From positions 637,326-701,325 of the forward strand of contig JAAOMT010000135.1 of NCBI GenBank assembly GCA_016748015.1: a stretch of DNA of 64,000 bases, in the 5' to 3' direction. Source of the DNA: Geosiphon pyriformis uo1. Lineage: Eukaryota > Fungi > Glomeromycota. Made by a program: the position numbers and the translations under genes. The notes beneath the pieces were generated by a model that was given only the letters and a program-made list of their open reading frames with translations, had not been told where the DNA came from and searched no databases. This document shows positions 52,701 to 64,000 of the stretch, in pieces. How positions within the stretch are numbered: position 1 is the first letter of the stretch; every line of letters begins with the position of its first letter.

Positions 52701-54570
52701 TCTCAAAATAGAACCCAAAGGCTGAGATTAACACAGCAGAGCTGAAGATCATCAATGGTAGTCCATCAACTAATCCTCAGTTCCTCTATGCAACCATCAA
52801 GATCTTGACAACAAAATTTGAACACTGGGTATACCCAAAACCTAAATTTCCAGAACTATTTAAGTCTTTTGGTTACTCCAGAAGATGTCACATCTAACAA
52901 ATCAGAAGCCAACAAAAAAACACTTACCAACAATATTCTGCCAGCAACCATTATAAAAGATGAATTATTCACCACTATCTTTCCTTTTGAGATCAAGGAA
53001 CCAGTTGAAATGCCACTATTTAGTGGAGCTGCCTTAAAATTAAAACCCATCACTGCGATGTATACCAATACTAAAGTTGATAAGCAGCACATCAAACTGA
53101 TCTTAGACTATGGATTAGCCAACAGTATCATTACATAACAACTCATAGACTAATTAGGTCACTGAATTGATCACACTGCCAGTGCACACATAATTACTGC
53201 TAATGAAGCCACCAAAACTCTGATTGGTGAAATAAACGACTTCTCATTTAAAGTTAACAACATCATAATACAGATCAAAGTATTGGTGATAGAAGCAACT
53301 CAGTATCAGGCTCTTGTTGAAAATGACTGGCTGTCAAAAGCCAATGCTGTGTTCGACTAAAACACCCAAGAACTGCAACTCAGTCAGAACAGCTACCACA
53401 TATGTGTACCAGCCATTTGTGGTTACTTTAAGACCACTCCCGATGACAAACTACTCATTAAATTAGAAGAAGAAAAAAAAAACCTACTTGAAAAGCATAC
53501 CAAATCTCCTGGGCCAACATTAAACACAATGAGCTGCCACTAGTACTTTCCTGGAACAATAAAAGGAAAGATAAGAAAGAGAACACAACAGAAAAAGACA
53601 CAACAACTGAAAAAATAACTAGTGGCTAGAAAAAATCCTACTCACATAAGCCACTAAAACAACTGCCACATATTCCTCTCAAATACCAAGATTGTGGCAA
53701 GAAACTTTCTTCCATGAGAGCTTAGATTGCACCCGACAAAGATTACTGAATGCAAACTCACTATTACTACAAGCTATATTACCGAGAACAATATGGCTAT
53801 CCAAAATAACAAGGCAAGTGGAACAATAAATTATGTCTTACTTGTGGAAAACAACTACTTGACAAAGGAATGTGGAACAACATTTCTGGATGAGGAAAAA
53901 CATGTGATACTTCATGCCAATACATAATCCTCATCAGTGACTAGGTAAGTTGTAGAACACTTATTACTACTGCCTGGCACCAAGCAATCTTTCATTTAGA
54001 TGGTTACCCACACAACAAAGACAAATTTGGTGGATGACAAATGCCAAAGTCAAAGGCACCATGTCCAGCAAAATATTGACAATCAAGAACAATCCTTCAA
54101 AACCAGTTAACATTGTTTTAATTTTCAACCTAAACACTTTCCTGGATGTAGAAGCAGACTCCAAAGAATTTCATGAACACTACCAAAATTTGGCACCAAC
54201 TAGAGAAGAACAGAAACAGCACTTGGAAGAAATCAACCTTTAATTATGTAATCACTGTTTGATCCCATATGACTTCCAATATTGTAATGAGTGTAATCTT
54301 ATTTACAATCCAACACCACACATGATCTACACAATTCCAGAAAAGAAAGAACCAATCAGCAGCTGCACATTAGAATTGGGATCAACTTTCAATCCCAATT
54401 CAAACTCTGACAATGATAATAACAAAAATAATGGTTCCAGCTCTACTTAATATGACGGCAAAATTAATAATGATTCAGACTTCGATTCAAATTCTGAAAC
54501 ATATATCGCACTTTCTGATCTTTCCAAAGAGCAGAAACTCAGATGGTTCAGTAACAATAATAAAGGTATT

Positions 54571-54965
54571 ATGCCAGAATGTGTGCATGATACCTATGCA
54601 GAGTTTGATCTGAGATATCCAAGAAAAAAAACCATCAAATTGGAACTACATTTGCACATATGCATTGATCTCAAAGTAGTACTGGAAATTCTAGCAACAA
54701 CAATGGTTCAACTAACATCTAGAAGTAGTTTAGTGAAAAAGAGAATCAACATTAGAGAAGGAATAATTGATGTAAGATATGTAGAAAATATTATTGCAAT
54801 ACTACAAAATGATTCAGAAAAGGCCTATATCATAGAGCCAAACAAAAAAATAGCACAGGCAATATTTTTGCCTCTGATAAAAGTAGCTCAATTAGTATCA
54901 ATGGGAAATAGGGAAGAATTAAAGATAACAGCAAGAGGGATATAAGAATTCAGATCAATGGGTAG
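54571..54965 (+). pseudogene. Trimeric dUTPase domain within Gypsy Pol (also in B2 at ~40445-40830, -)
   Basis: Motifs I-V are recognisable: AEFDL (AGFDL), SRSSL, GIIDVRYVENI (GxIDxxYxG), KIAQAIF, ARGI*EFRSMG (RG..GFGSTG; the B2 copy retains GFGSTG). Confidence 0.88.
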
Positions 54966-57900
54966 AATAGATGTACCAGTCAATATGGCAGAGAAAAAAA
55001 TTATTGACAAGAGAGAAATTATCTCCATCTGTCAACCAATTTTTATTTCACCATATGACCAGTACATAGTAGTTATAGAAAGAAAAGTAAAAGATCAAAT
55101 GCAGATTTTTGAGGCAGAAGCAACACTTTGTAAACCAAGAGAAATTGGATTGGTCAACTTACACATACCAGCAAAGAACCACTGTCACATCAAAATTTCC
55201 ATTTACAACAACATAGAAAATATCATCGAAATACCAGAAGGAACCATTATTGGACAGCTAACCACTGAAATCAAAGATCAATTGCCAGACATTATTCCAG
55301 ACTTTCCACAACTGTGTGAATATGTGGATATCATATCTCAAACCATATATGGACGAGAAGAATGTTATTTGCTCCAGTCAGAACAATTGGAACAAATGAA
55401 CATGGAAAACTTAGATCTACTACAATATATGCAGCTCAAAATATTACTTAACAATTTTAATGACATCTTTGCCAGCAAAAATGAATTTGGCAGAACTGAC
55501 ATCATCCAACATCAAATCAAGACTGGAAATATAATGCCAATTAAACAGAGAGCATACAGAATACCACTAGTCAGCCATGAGATTATTTGTCAAGAAATCA
55601 ATCAGATGCTTGACAATAGGCTAATTCAGCCATTAATGAGCCCATAGTCATTACTAGTAGTACTAATTCGAAAGAAAAATGGAAAAATTTGCTTTTGTAT
55701 AGATTACCAAAAACTGAATGAAGTAACCAAAGGAGATAGCTATCCAACACCAAAGATTTAAGAACTGTTTGATGCTTTTGGAGGAAAGAAATGGTTCTTG
55801 ACACTAGACTTAAACAGTGGTTACTGACAAATAGCCATGAAACCAGAAGACAAAGAAAAAATAGCTTTTACAACTCGAGAAGAGAACTTTGAATTTGAAG
55901 TAATGCCATTTGGCTTGATGAATACACCAGCAACATTTTAATAGCTAATGGAAATTGTATATACTAGACTACTATGAAAATCAGTAGTCGTATACTTGAA
56001 TGATATCAATGTGTTCTCAAAAACATTTGATAATCATCTGCATCATCTCCAACAAGTGTTTGAAAGATTAAGAAAAGCCAGACTAAAGCTAAATGCAACC
56101 AAATGTTTCTTTGAAAAAACTGAACTCAAGTTTTTGGGACATGTGGTAAGCAAAAATGGAATCAAAATGAATCCAGATAAGATTGAGATTGTCAAAAACT
56201 TTTCAGTACTAAATAATTTCATGGAATTAAGAGCATTCTTGGAATTTGTTGGATATTATTGTCATTTTATCAAAAATTTTTCCAAAATATTTCAACTATT
56301 ACACCAATTCCAAACAAAGAACACCAAATACAAATGGACTAAAACTCAACAAAAAGCTTTTGATACATTGAAAAGAAAGCTTATTCAAGCTTCAATGTTG
56401 ATGTATTCAGATTATAATAAACTATTCATTATTACTACTAATACATCAGGCCAAGCATTGGAAGCAGTACTATTACAGAAAAAACCAGATGAAAGAGAAC
56501 ATCTAGTAGTATATGCCAGTCAAAGCCTGAGTCCAGCTGAAAAGAACTATAAAACACCAGCATTAAAACACTTAGCAATCTATTGAGCAGTCATAAAATG
56601 GAAAAAATACTTGAGCCAAAAGTTTGAAATATATATGAATCACAAAGGATTGACTTCAATTCAGAAGCAAAAATTTGGAGATAATCATTATGCCAAATGG
56701 AAAATAGAACTTTCGTCATTCAATTATATAGTACATTATAAAAAGGGAAAAGACAATAGAAATGCCAACAGATTGTCATGAATAAGACAAATCTAAAAAC
56801 ATTTCAACCTAAAAATATAACAAAAGATGAATATACAGAAATATCAACAACTCCAATATTATATAAATACCCAATTGTTCAAGAAAAAATTATCTCAAAA
56901 GGAACAAAACAACATAAAACAGCAATCAAAACATTTTATTAACCATCAAAATATACTTTACTGGAAGAACAAAAGAAATCCAGATCAACCAACCAGAGTA
57001 ATCACAGAACTGAAGAAAGAGGCAATACTATTCAACATGTATTCAGATCCAACAGCAGGACATTTTCACAAAAAAACAACTATAGAAAAAACTAAAAAAA
57101 GATATTATTGGCCATCAATGTATCCAGACATTATTCAATATGTTCAAAGTTGTGATGCTTGTCAAAGAAGAAGTGGAACAAAACCCAGTAAACCATTGAG
57201 ACCAATCAAAGTAGGACAACCATTTGACCATATTAGAATTGACTTAGTCAGACCATTAACAATTACCAGCAGAGGCAACAGATATATTGCAGTAGCCATA
57301 AATTATCTCACAAAATGGCCAGAAGCAAAAGCCATTCAAAGAGCAGATGCAGAATCTGTTGCTGAATTTGTCCATCAAGATTTGATCTGTTGACATGGAT
57401 GTTCAAAAAAACTACTATCAGATCAAGGAACCCACTTTGTGAACAAAACATTGACAGAATTAAGTCAAAGATTTGGAGTTAAAAGACCATTGTTATCACC
57501 ATATCATCCACAAACCAATGAATTAGTTGAAAGATTTAACAGAACACTGTGTAAAGCAATTGCCAAGATCAGTCAAAAAAACCAAAACGAATGGAACATG
57601 TTTATACCATCAGTATTATTTGCTTATTGAACAATAAAACAAGACACTACACAAGTAACACTATTTGAATTAGTATATGGTAGAACAGCAATATTACTAG
57701 TTGAGATAGAAGTCAACACTTATCCAACAGAACCAATAACTGAAGACAATTTTCAAGAAACATTGCTAAGAAGAATATATGACTTAATAGAAACACTAGA
57801 AAACAAACAGTGAAGAGCAGTTGATAACATTCAAAAGTCACAAGAAAAACAAAAAAAAAGAGATGCTAACCAACTACCAAAAAAACCAGTTGAATTCAAG

Positions 57901-58234
57901 ATTGAAAACAAGATACTTCTATATTATACCAAGATGGAAAAACAATGGAGTGAAAAATTTGATACCAAATAGGATAGACCATTTTACATAGAAGAAATTC
58001 TTGGAAATAGAGCTTATAAATTAAGATGGAATAACAAAATTTTAGCCAAAGCAGCATATGATAATTGACTGAAACCATATTATCATATAGTATTATCATC
58101 CACCAGTAATATTCTACAATTAAGAGTACAGAAAATACTAGTCCAACCAGATAAGATTTCACAAGATCTGGAACCAATCATAATTATTGGACCAAACACG
58201 TAAAATTAAACAACCTAAAAGATTATATAAAGAC

Positions 58235-58896
58235 ACAGTATATATGACAAAAAATATTGGAAAAAATAGAAATTACCAACAATATTCACTCACTAGCACA
58301 ACAACTTTTTCAATTGATTCAATAACAAGATATGGAAATTACTATCAATTAACAAACCATTAAATACAAAGATACCAGAAAAATACTTCAACACAAAGTA
58401 CAGAAGAAAACAAAAAACACTGTTGACAAAATAATTCTGAAAGTAAAATTGGCAATAAAAGAGCCAACAAGTGTTACTACATACTAAGAAGTGACTAAAA
58501 AAACTTGGATGTGGTAGATACAACAATTTTCAAGAAATTTTTGCTACTTTCACTTGGGACAACATTTGAATATTTAGAACTTATATACAAATAAAACAAA
58601 ATAACTATTTGATACTACAACAACTTGAGAAATTTGTGGAAAAGAACAATCTAACAACATAAGCAAGAGTCATTTATTGATTGCATGTTAGATTTCAAGA
58701 CCAATCAGAAATCTTACTTAATCTGGTAATAGACAACATTACTATTAACCAGATAGAAAGAATAACAAATGCCCAATTCGAAGAGTTACAGAACAAGATA
58801 ACACAAATAATTTTTGAAAAAAAGGTTCAAGAAATACTCAAAGACAGAGAATTAGAGTTAGGAGATTTAGAAAATTTCGATGGAGCTCAATATTAA
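58235..58896 (+). pseudogene. Family B ORF3 (~220 aa reconstructed), unknown function
   Basis: Lies between the integrase stop (58203) and the PPT; the same protein is recoverable from B1 and B2; ends ..ELELGDLENFDGAQY*. Confidence 0.75.
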
Positions 58897-58910
58897 AAAA
58901 AAGAGAATAA

Positions 58911-61900
58911 TATTACTCATAAAATATAGGAAGTATATTAGTATATAAATTAGCCAATCAGAAGTAGCCATAGTAGATGTAAAATTCTAGGATTCTTTTT
59001 AAGAGAAATTGCAGGATTTCAGGAATTTCAGGATTCTTATACAAGAAATTGCAGAATTCCAGAATTCCAGAATTTCTTTCAAAGAAATTGCAAAATTCCA
59101 GGTGTGAAAAATTAAGGAATTAAGAAATCTCAATTATGTATATATAGTGGTAACATTAGAAATAAAAAAGACAAACCTCTTAGTTTAGATCTAATTTAAG
59201 CAACCTTTTACATTACAAATATTAATAAACAACTATTCACTATCTCAAATCCACTCTTTACTATTAACTCTCCATTTTAATAATAATCAATACTTAAATA
59301 CATTAGAACAATAGCTCTTAATTATAGCTATTAACAGGATACTAACTTGCAATTGTCTTGGCTTATTTCTTTATTTTCTTTTATTTTTTTTGTTATTTTT
59401 TTTTGTTTTACTAATTGATAAAGGATTAAAAGCACTGAATTACAGACATCATAGAGACTGGTAAAAGATCTATAAAACAAAGGTAAAGAACTCATAGATT
59501 TAAAGATAGCTTATTAGAAAAATTACTAGCCACTATGCTAAAAAAATAAATTTGATGGAATTGTGATTTCAGGAGGCAACTAAAAAACAACTATTAAATC
59601 TCTGTCTATTATACAAAGAACTCCACCAAAACCTTCAGATCACAAAAACTTTCAAATTACGAAAACCTTCAGAAACCAATATCATTATATCAATTAAGCA
59701 CCAAGTTATGGGTTTGTTATTTGCTTTAAGACTCCAAATAATCACCTGTAACATTTGGTGCTCCCTGTGAGATATAATTTTACAGAGAACCAGCACCAAC
59801 ACACAATCATTTAAAAGTAGCAGAACCAGAAAGAATAGAGACAAACCATTTAGAATTTGCTAAATTCTTGTTTCAATATTACTGTCAACACTTGGGATTA
59901 ACTAACAATTATCTATCAACAGAATCAGCCTTTAATTTTTATGTTAATGAGAGAATCTCATATTTGCTAGGAGTACCAGTAGAAACTGACTCAGCCAGAA
60001 GAAATTTCTACAAAGAATTAATCCAAAATACCAGTCTACCAACAAATTATAATTTCACAGCAATTTTTACTAAAATCAATAAAGAAATTAAACATTACAC
60101 TTAACAAAGATACCCAATTATCTACACAAACAAAGGCAAAGAAAAACTACAAACACTAACAATGACACCTCAAAGAATACAACCACCTACTTGGAAGAAA
60201 ACAAAACTTGAATTACCAACTAATCTATTATATCATTATATATTTAGAAGTGTCATCAACATCTTATTAGCAGATACATCCACATCAAATGTGAAAACCC
60301 CATTAACACAAATACCCTTTTAAAATAAACAATCAAAAACTGATTTATTAGGAACCTATGGCAAATATTTTGAAAAATTTAAGTTGTGATCACTGACACC
60401 AACAAGATTTTGATCACTGCTATTTCTACCAGATTTCAGAATCACAAATCCTTGAAAAGTAACAAAATCAGAAGAAGAGGAAGACAACAATTAAGAATTT
60501 AATTATCAAAACCTGATTCCAAAAAATCCAGAAGTTGAAACTCCGAATATTCAAACCCAATAAACTCTGAATAATTCAAACTTCAAGTTAATTAATCAGC
60601 AAAACTTACTCTTAGAAATTGTCATTAATCAACAACCAATTGATCTAATTGCTGAACAATTTCAACAGCCACCAATATCACCTCAGCAATTACTTCTTCA
60701 ACAACCACAACAACCAAACTTGAATCCAATGGCCTATGCTCTAATAGCAAAACTTGAAAAATTCATTAGCAAAGAAGATGATGTTTAAGTATAACTAAAT
60801 AATATTGAGAAACCCATCACAGCCAATGGATAGAATGATGCCAGAGCCATATAAGCCATTTTATACTTTTTTCAAGATACTGCTGACTCATGGTATCAGA
60901 GCTTGGTCAACAAACTTTAGAATTTCAACACATTTAAGTTTGAGTTCTTGAGATATTTTAACAATAATAACAGTATTAATCACTTAGCCAATACTTTTAC
61001 TATAAGTAAAAAAAAACTGAAGCAGTTACTACTTACTTAGAATGCTTCTATAAGAACTTGCACCAAATACAAGCAATTAATGCAAATTACTTTACAGCAT
61101 CACAAATTCTGAACCAGTTTATCCATAGACTATACAGTAGTATTCTTCAATGCGTATGTCCAATGCATCCACAAACTCTCTAAGATACAGTTACCAATGC
61201 ATGGAATTTCAAATTTACAGAACTCAAAGCTAATCACACTTAAACCATTAATCTAATGATGAATGGATCATCTGAATTGGATTTTAAGTTGAAACAATTT
61301 AGTGATTCCATTAATCAAAAATTAAAGGAATACTTAGCTAACAATCAGACAATCTATTAATTTTTACAATGATGCAATAATTAAGAAAATGTGAATTATT
61401 TCCAAAATCAGTCATGTCTATTCTTCTTAACCAATCAACAGTGGCAACAGGAGATGCATGTTTGCTACTACTGTAGTAAACAAAAACATTTGAGAATTGA
61501 CTGCAGATTAAAAATAAATAACCAACAATCGAAAAATCAATATCGAAATCCTGATTGCTGGTTTCAAACTCTGAAATATCAATTCAACCCAGAAATATAT
61601 TAATTAAATTACCTATTTGTGATGTAGTTGCCAATTTATTAACCACCTATTTATCAAATTCCAGCATCCGTTTTTTATTAGCCACAGCTGCAAGTAATAT
61701 ATCAGCTCTAACAAATTCAAACACCACCACAAAACTTATTTTAAACCAGAACACAAATACCAAAAATGACACAACAAAATTGGAGATCAGTGATGGTTGT
61801 CTATTAACCAATTTCCAGTTCTTCTACCCAATAATCAGAAACATGCTCTTGGAATTGGAAGACTATATACACCCAAAACTTGAATTCTCAATACTATTTA

Positions 61901-62536
61901 AGTTTCTTGGTTACTCTAAAAGACATCTCATCTAACAACCAGAAACTCAACCAAAACAAATCACTTACCAGCAACATATTTCTAGCCACTGTAACCAATA
62001 ATAAATCACTAGCAGCAATTTTCCTATTTGAATTCAAGAAACCATCACAAACACTATTGTTCAGTGGAGTTGTGCTTGAAGAAAAACCCATTACTGCCAT
62101 GTACACTAATGCTAAAGTCAATGGTCAGGCCATAAAACTGATCTTAGATAGTGGTTTCAGTAGGCAGTATTATTATATAACAACTTATGGACCAATTAAG
62201 TTACTGAGTTGATTGCACTATTAGCACCAGAATCATAATAGCCAATAAAGCAACCAAAACTCTAATTGGTAAGATTGATGACTTCTCTATAGAAGTCAAT
62301 GGCATCATTGTACCAATTAAAGTATTAGTTATGGAAGCCACTCAATACTAAGTATTCATTAGTAATAATTGACTGTCCAAAACAAATACAATGCTTGATT
62401 GGATTATGCAAGAATTGCAACTCAGTCAGAATGGACAATACACATAAATACTAGCAATGTGTAGTCATTTTAAACCAGTAACAATGCATCAGCACCACTC
62501 ATCAAGTTCAATAATAAAGAAAAAAAACCTACTTGA
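58911..62536 (+). mobile_element. Gypsy family B copy B4 (shares the LTR 58911-59753 with B3): PBS 59756-59771, gag, protease; interrupted by LTR D
   Basis: TAACA-TT-TGGTGCTCCCTGTGAG, then gag (MAYALIAKLEKF..) and KLILDSG. Confidence 0.9.
58980..59102. repeat. Imperfect 9-bp-based repeat (GAATTCCAG/GAATTGCAG) in LTR B U3
   Basis: Present with varying copy number in all full B LTRs (~11985-12120, 36310-36460, 45310-45440, 49815-49980). Confidence 0.8.
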
Positions 62537-62636
62537 TGTTATCTGAGTAGAAAAACCAAAAAGCTATGGAAAAGCGTAACAAAGAAACATGACAAGAAAA
62601 ACGTGGTACAACTCAAAGTAACACAGAACAAACATG

Positions 62637-62835
62637 AGCAATAGCTAGCAATAACAAGCAATAGCTAGCAATAATAAGCAATAGCTAACAATAACAAACA
62701 ATAACTAGCAATAATAAGCAATAGCTAGCAATAACAAGCTAGCAATAATAAGCAATAGCTAGTAATAATGAGCAATAGCTAGCAATAATGAGCAATAGCT
62801 AGCAATAACAAACAATAGCTAGCAATAGTAAAGCA
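62637..62835. repeat. 20-bp tandem repeat (AGCAATAGCTAGCAATAACA)n in LTR D U3
   Basis: About 9-10 units read directly. Confidence 0.9.
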
Positions 62836-63149
62836 ATTGAAAGCAATCCTGTAAAACCAAAAGAATATATAAAAGCAAATAGTTGTAAAAATTGAAAAGA
62901 CAGTTAGTTAGCAATCAATTTTACTTTGTATTATATTTATTATATATCCATAGTCTGAAATACAATAATTATCAAAACAAAAAATTCCAATTTGCCAATT
63001 TATATTTTCCAATTTTACGGATTTTAATTGAAATTAAAATCAGTATTTCCTACCTTTTGTTCTGGAACAGATGCCATTAGCATAAACACTTCGAATTTTT
63101 AACAATTTGGACCAATTGCTTTTGATCATGATGATTGATAGGAACTAAT

Positions 63150-63151
<2 letters not shown>

Positions 63152-63194
<43 letters not shown>

Positions 63195-63250
63195 NNNNNN
63201 NNNNNNNNNNNNNNGTTATACTTTTATTTTTTTTTTTTTTTTTTTTTTTT
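63152..63250. other. Assembly gap (N at 63195-63214) within poly(T) tracts
   Basis: Run of N flanked by homopolymers. Confidence 0.95.
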
Positions 63251-64000
63251 CTTTTCTCTCTTCTTTTGTTTGAAGTGGCAACATAAAAAAATTGACTGTC
63301 TTGAAATAAACTTCGTGATAGCCTGGTAAAAAAGAGAAGCTCCTTCTAAGTTTTGAATATTAACATTATCTTAATAGCTTATTAGAAGGATGAAAAAACA
63401 ACACTGGACCCTAATGACTGTGCTCATTAGTGTAGAGAAGAAAGCTTACATTTGTGAAAAATGTTGTACTTGATGAAAAACAAACTCTGTGTCTTATAAC
63501 CAAAGAACTCAAATGGGTAAATTCATATCCAAGAATAAATTTTTAGAGACTAATAACACTAATATGGTAGAAAAAGCAGACAACCTTGAAAGATAACCCA
63601 AAAATAGAGCACCAAATGTTACCACCATATCTCACCAAGTTTACCCATAACATTTGGTGAGGTTATAAATCAACAAAAACAGAGCACTCCAGAAATACAC
63701 AAAAGTGGTGACTATTGGAACAATAGGAAAAGACTATTTCTCATATAGAAAAGCATTATTTTAATACTTTCGAAAAGATTTAGAAATACCAGCAGAAACC
63801 ACCATTGCAGAAAGTGATTTTTGTAACTATATCAATGCAAAAATCAACTGCTTGTTAAGCTACACAACTAATACAGAAAGACTTGGAAAACAAATCCATC
63901 AAAGTTTACTAAGGTACTCAACAACTACCACTATTTGAGCAATTACTGAAACTCTATGCATAGTCAATATGGATATTAAACACTACATAACAAAACAATT

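Larger units (their letters stand above)
49745..59753 (+). mobile_element. Gypsy family B copy B3: 5' LTR 49745-50626, PBS 50629-50644, gag with N-terminal extension, protease (~53060-53420), Cys-rich insert, dUTPase, RT, RNase H, integrase (to 58203), ORF3, PPT, 3' LTR 58911-59753
   Basis: CHYCGKQGH knuckle; KLILDYG (DSG in B4); FCIDYQKLN, MPFGLMN and VYLNDINVF (RT); TNTSGQALEAVL (RNase H); HHCC plus SPYHPQTNELVERFN (integrase). Confidence 0.95.
62537..64000 (+). mobile_element. Gypsy family D: 5' LTR 62537-63652 (spans an assembly gap), PBS TGGTGAGGTTAT, start of gag N-terminal domain
   Basis: TGTTA...TAACA ends; the downstream peptide KALF*YFRKDLEIPAETTIAESDFCNYINAKI is homologous to family B KSLFQQYSQQLGL..AESAFNFYINNKI. 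Confidence 0.75.

Noticed and set aside
57890-58203. Chromodomain at the integrase C-terminus
   Set aside because: Only a GPY/F-type region and a short tail are visible, with no aromatic-cage chromodomain pattern.
58235-58896. ORF3 as a retroviral env
   Set aside because: Short, with no visible signal peptide, furin site plus fusion peptide, or TM anchor.
61555-61935. Alternative-frame ORF also open in B2 (42570-42896)
   Set aside because: Shifted frame of the Gln/Pro-rich gag tail; the true frame is closed by CAA/CAG->stop changes while the S/T/N-rich shifted frame stays open passively.
63617-63652. A 36-bp TG..CA 'mini-LTR' between two divergent PBSs
   Set aside because: The upstream sequence resembles the B LTR R/U5 region and runs back to a TGTTA at 62537, so this is the U5 hairpin of one long LTR.

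Overview
Eukaryotic (fungal) genomic DNA. The TE families, intron density and AT bias point to Glomeromycotina, and the TE proteins resemble Geosiphon-type repeats (inference from memory, not checked). One ~5 kb CpG-containing gene island (about 4975-10035) holds a 19-exon SPT7 (SAGA bromodomain and histone-fold subunit, +) and a convergent two-exon MRP10/mS37 (-). The other ~59 kb is nested, heavily C->T/G->A mutated retroelements. There are four Ty3/Gypsy LTR families: A (two copies), B (four copies, dUTPase-bearing), C (three LTRs) and D (one LTR plus gag start). There is also an RNase H-containing LINE split by Gypsy insertions, 5'-truncated LINE copies, and an ORF1-only retroposon that shares the LINE 3' tail. 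The most notable items are a conserved non-env third ORF between integrase and the 3' LTR in two Gypsy families; the ORF1-only LINE partner with a shared stem-loop tail; U5 sequences that fold back on the PBS; a Cys-rich plus dUTPase insert in Pol; and repeat-restricted hypermutation outside CpG. All coordinates were read by eye, and those inside degenerate TEs are approximate.
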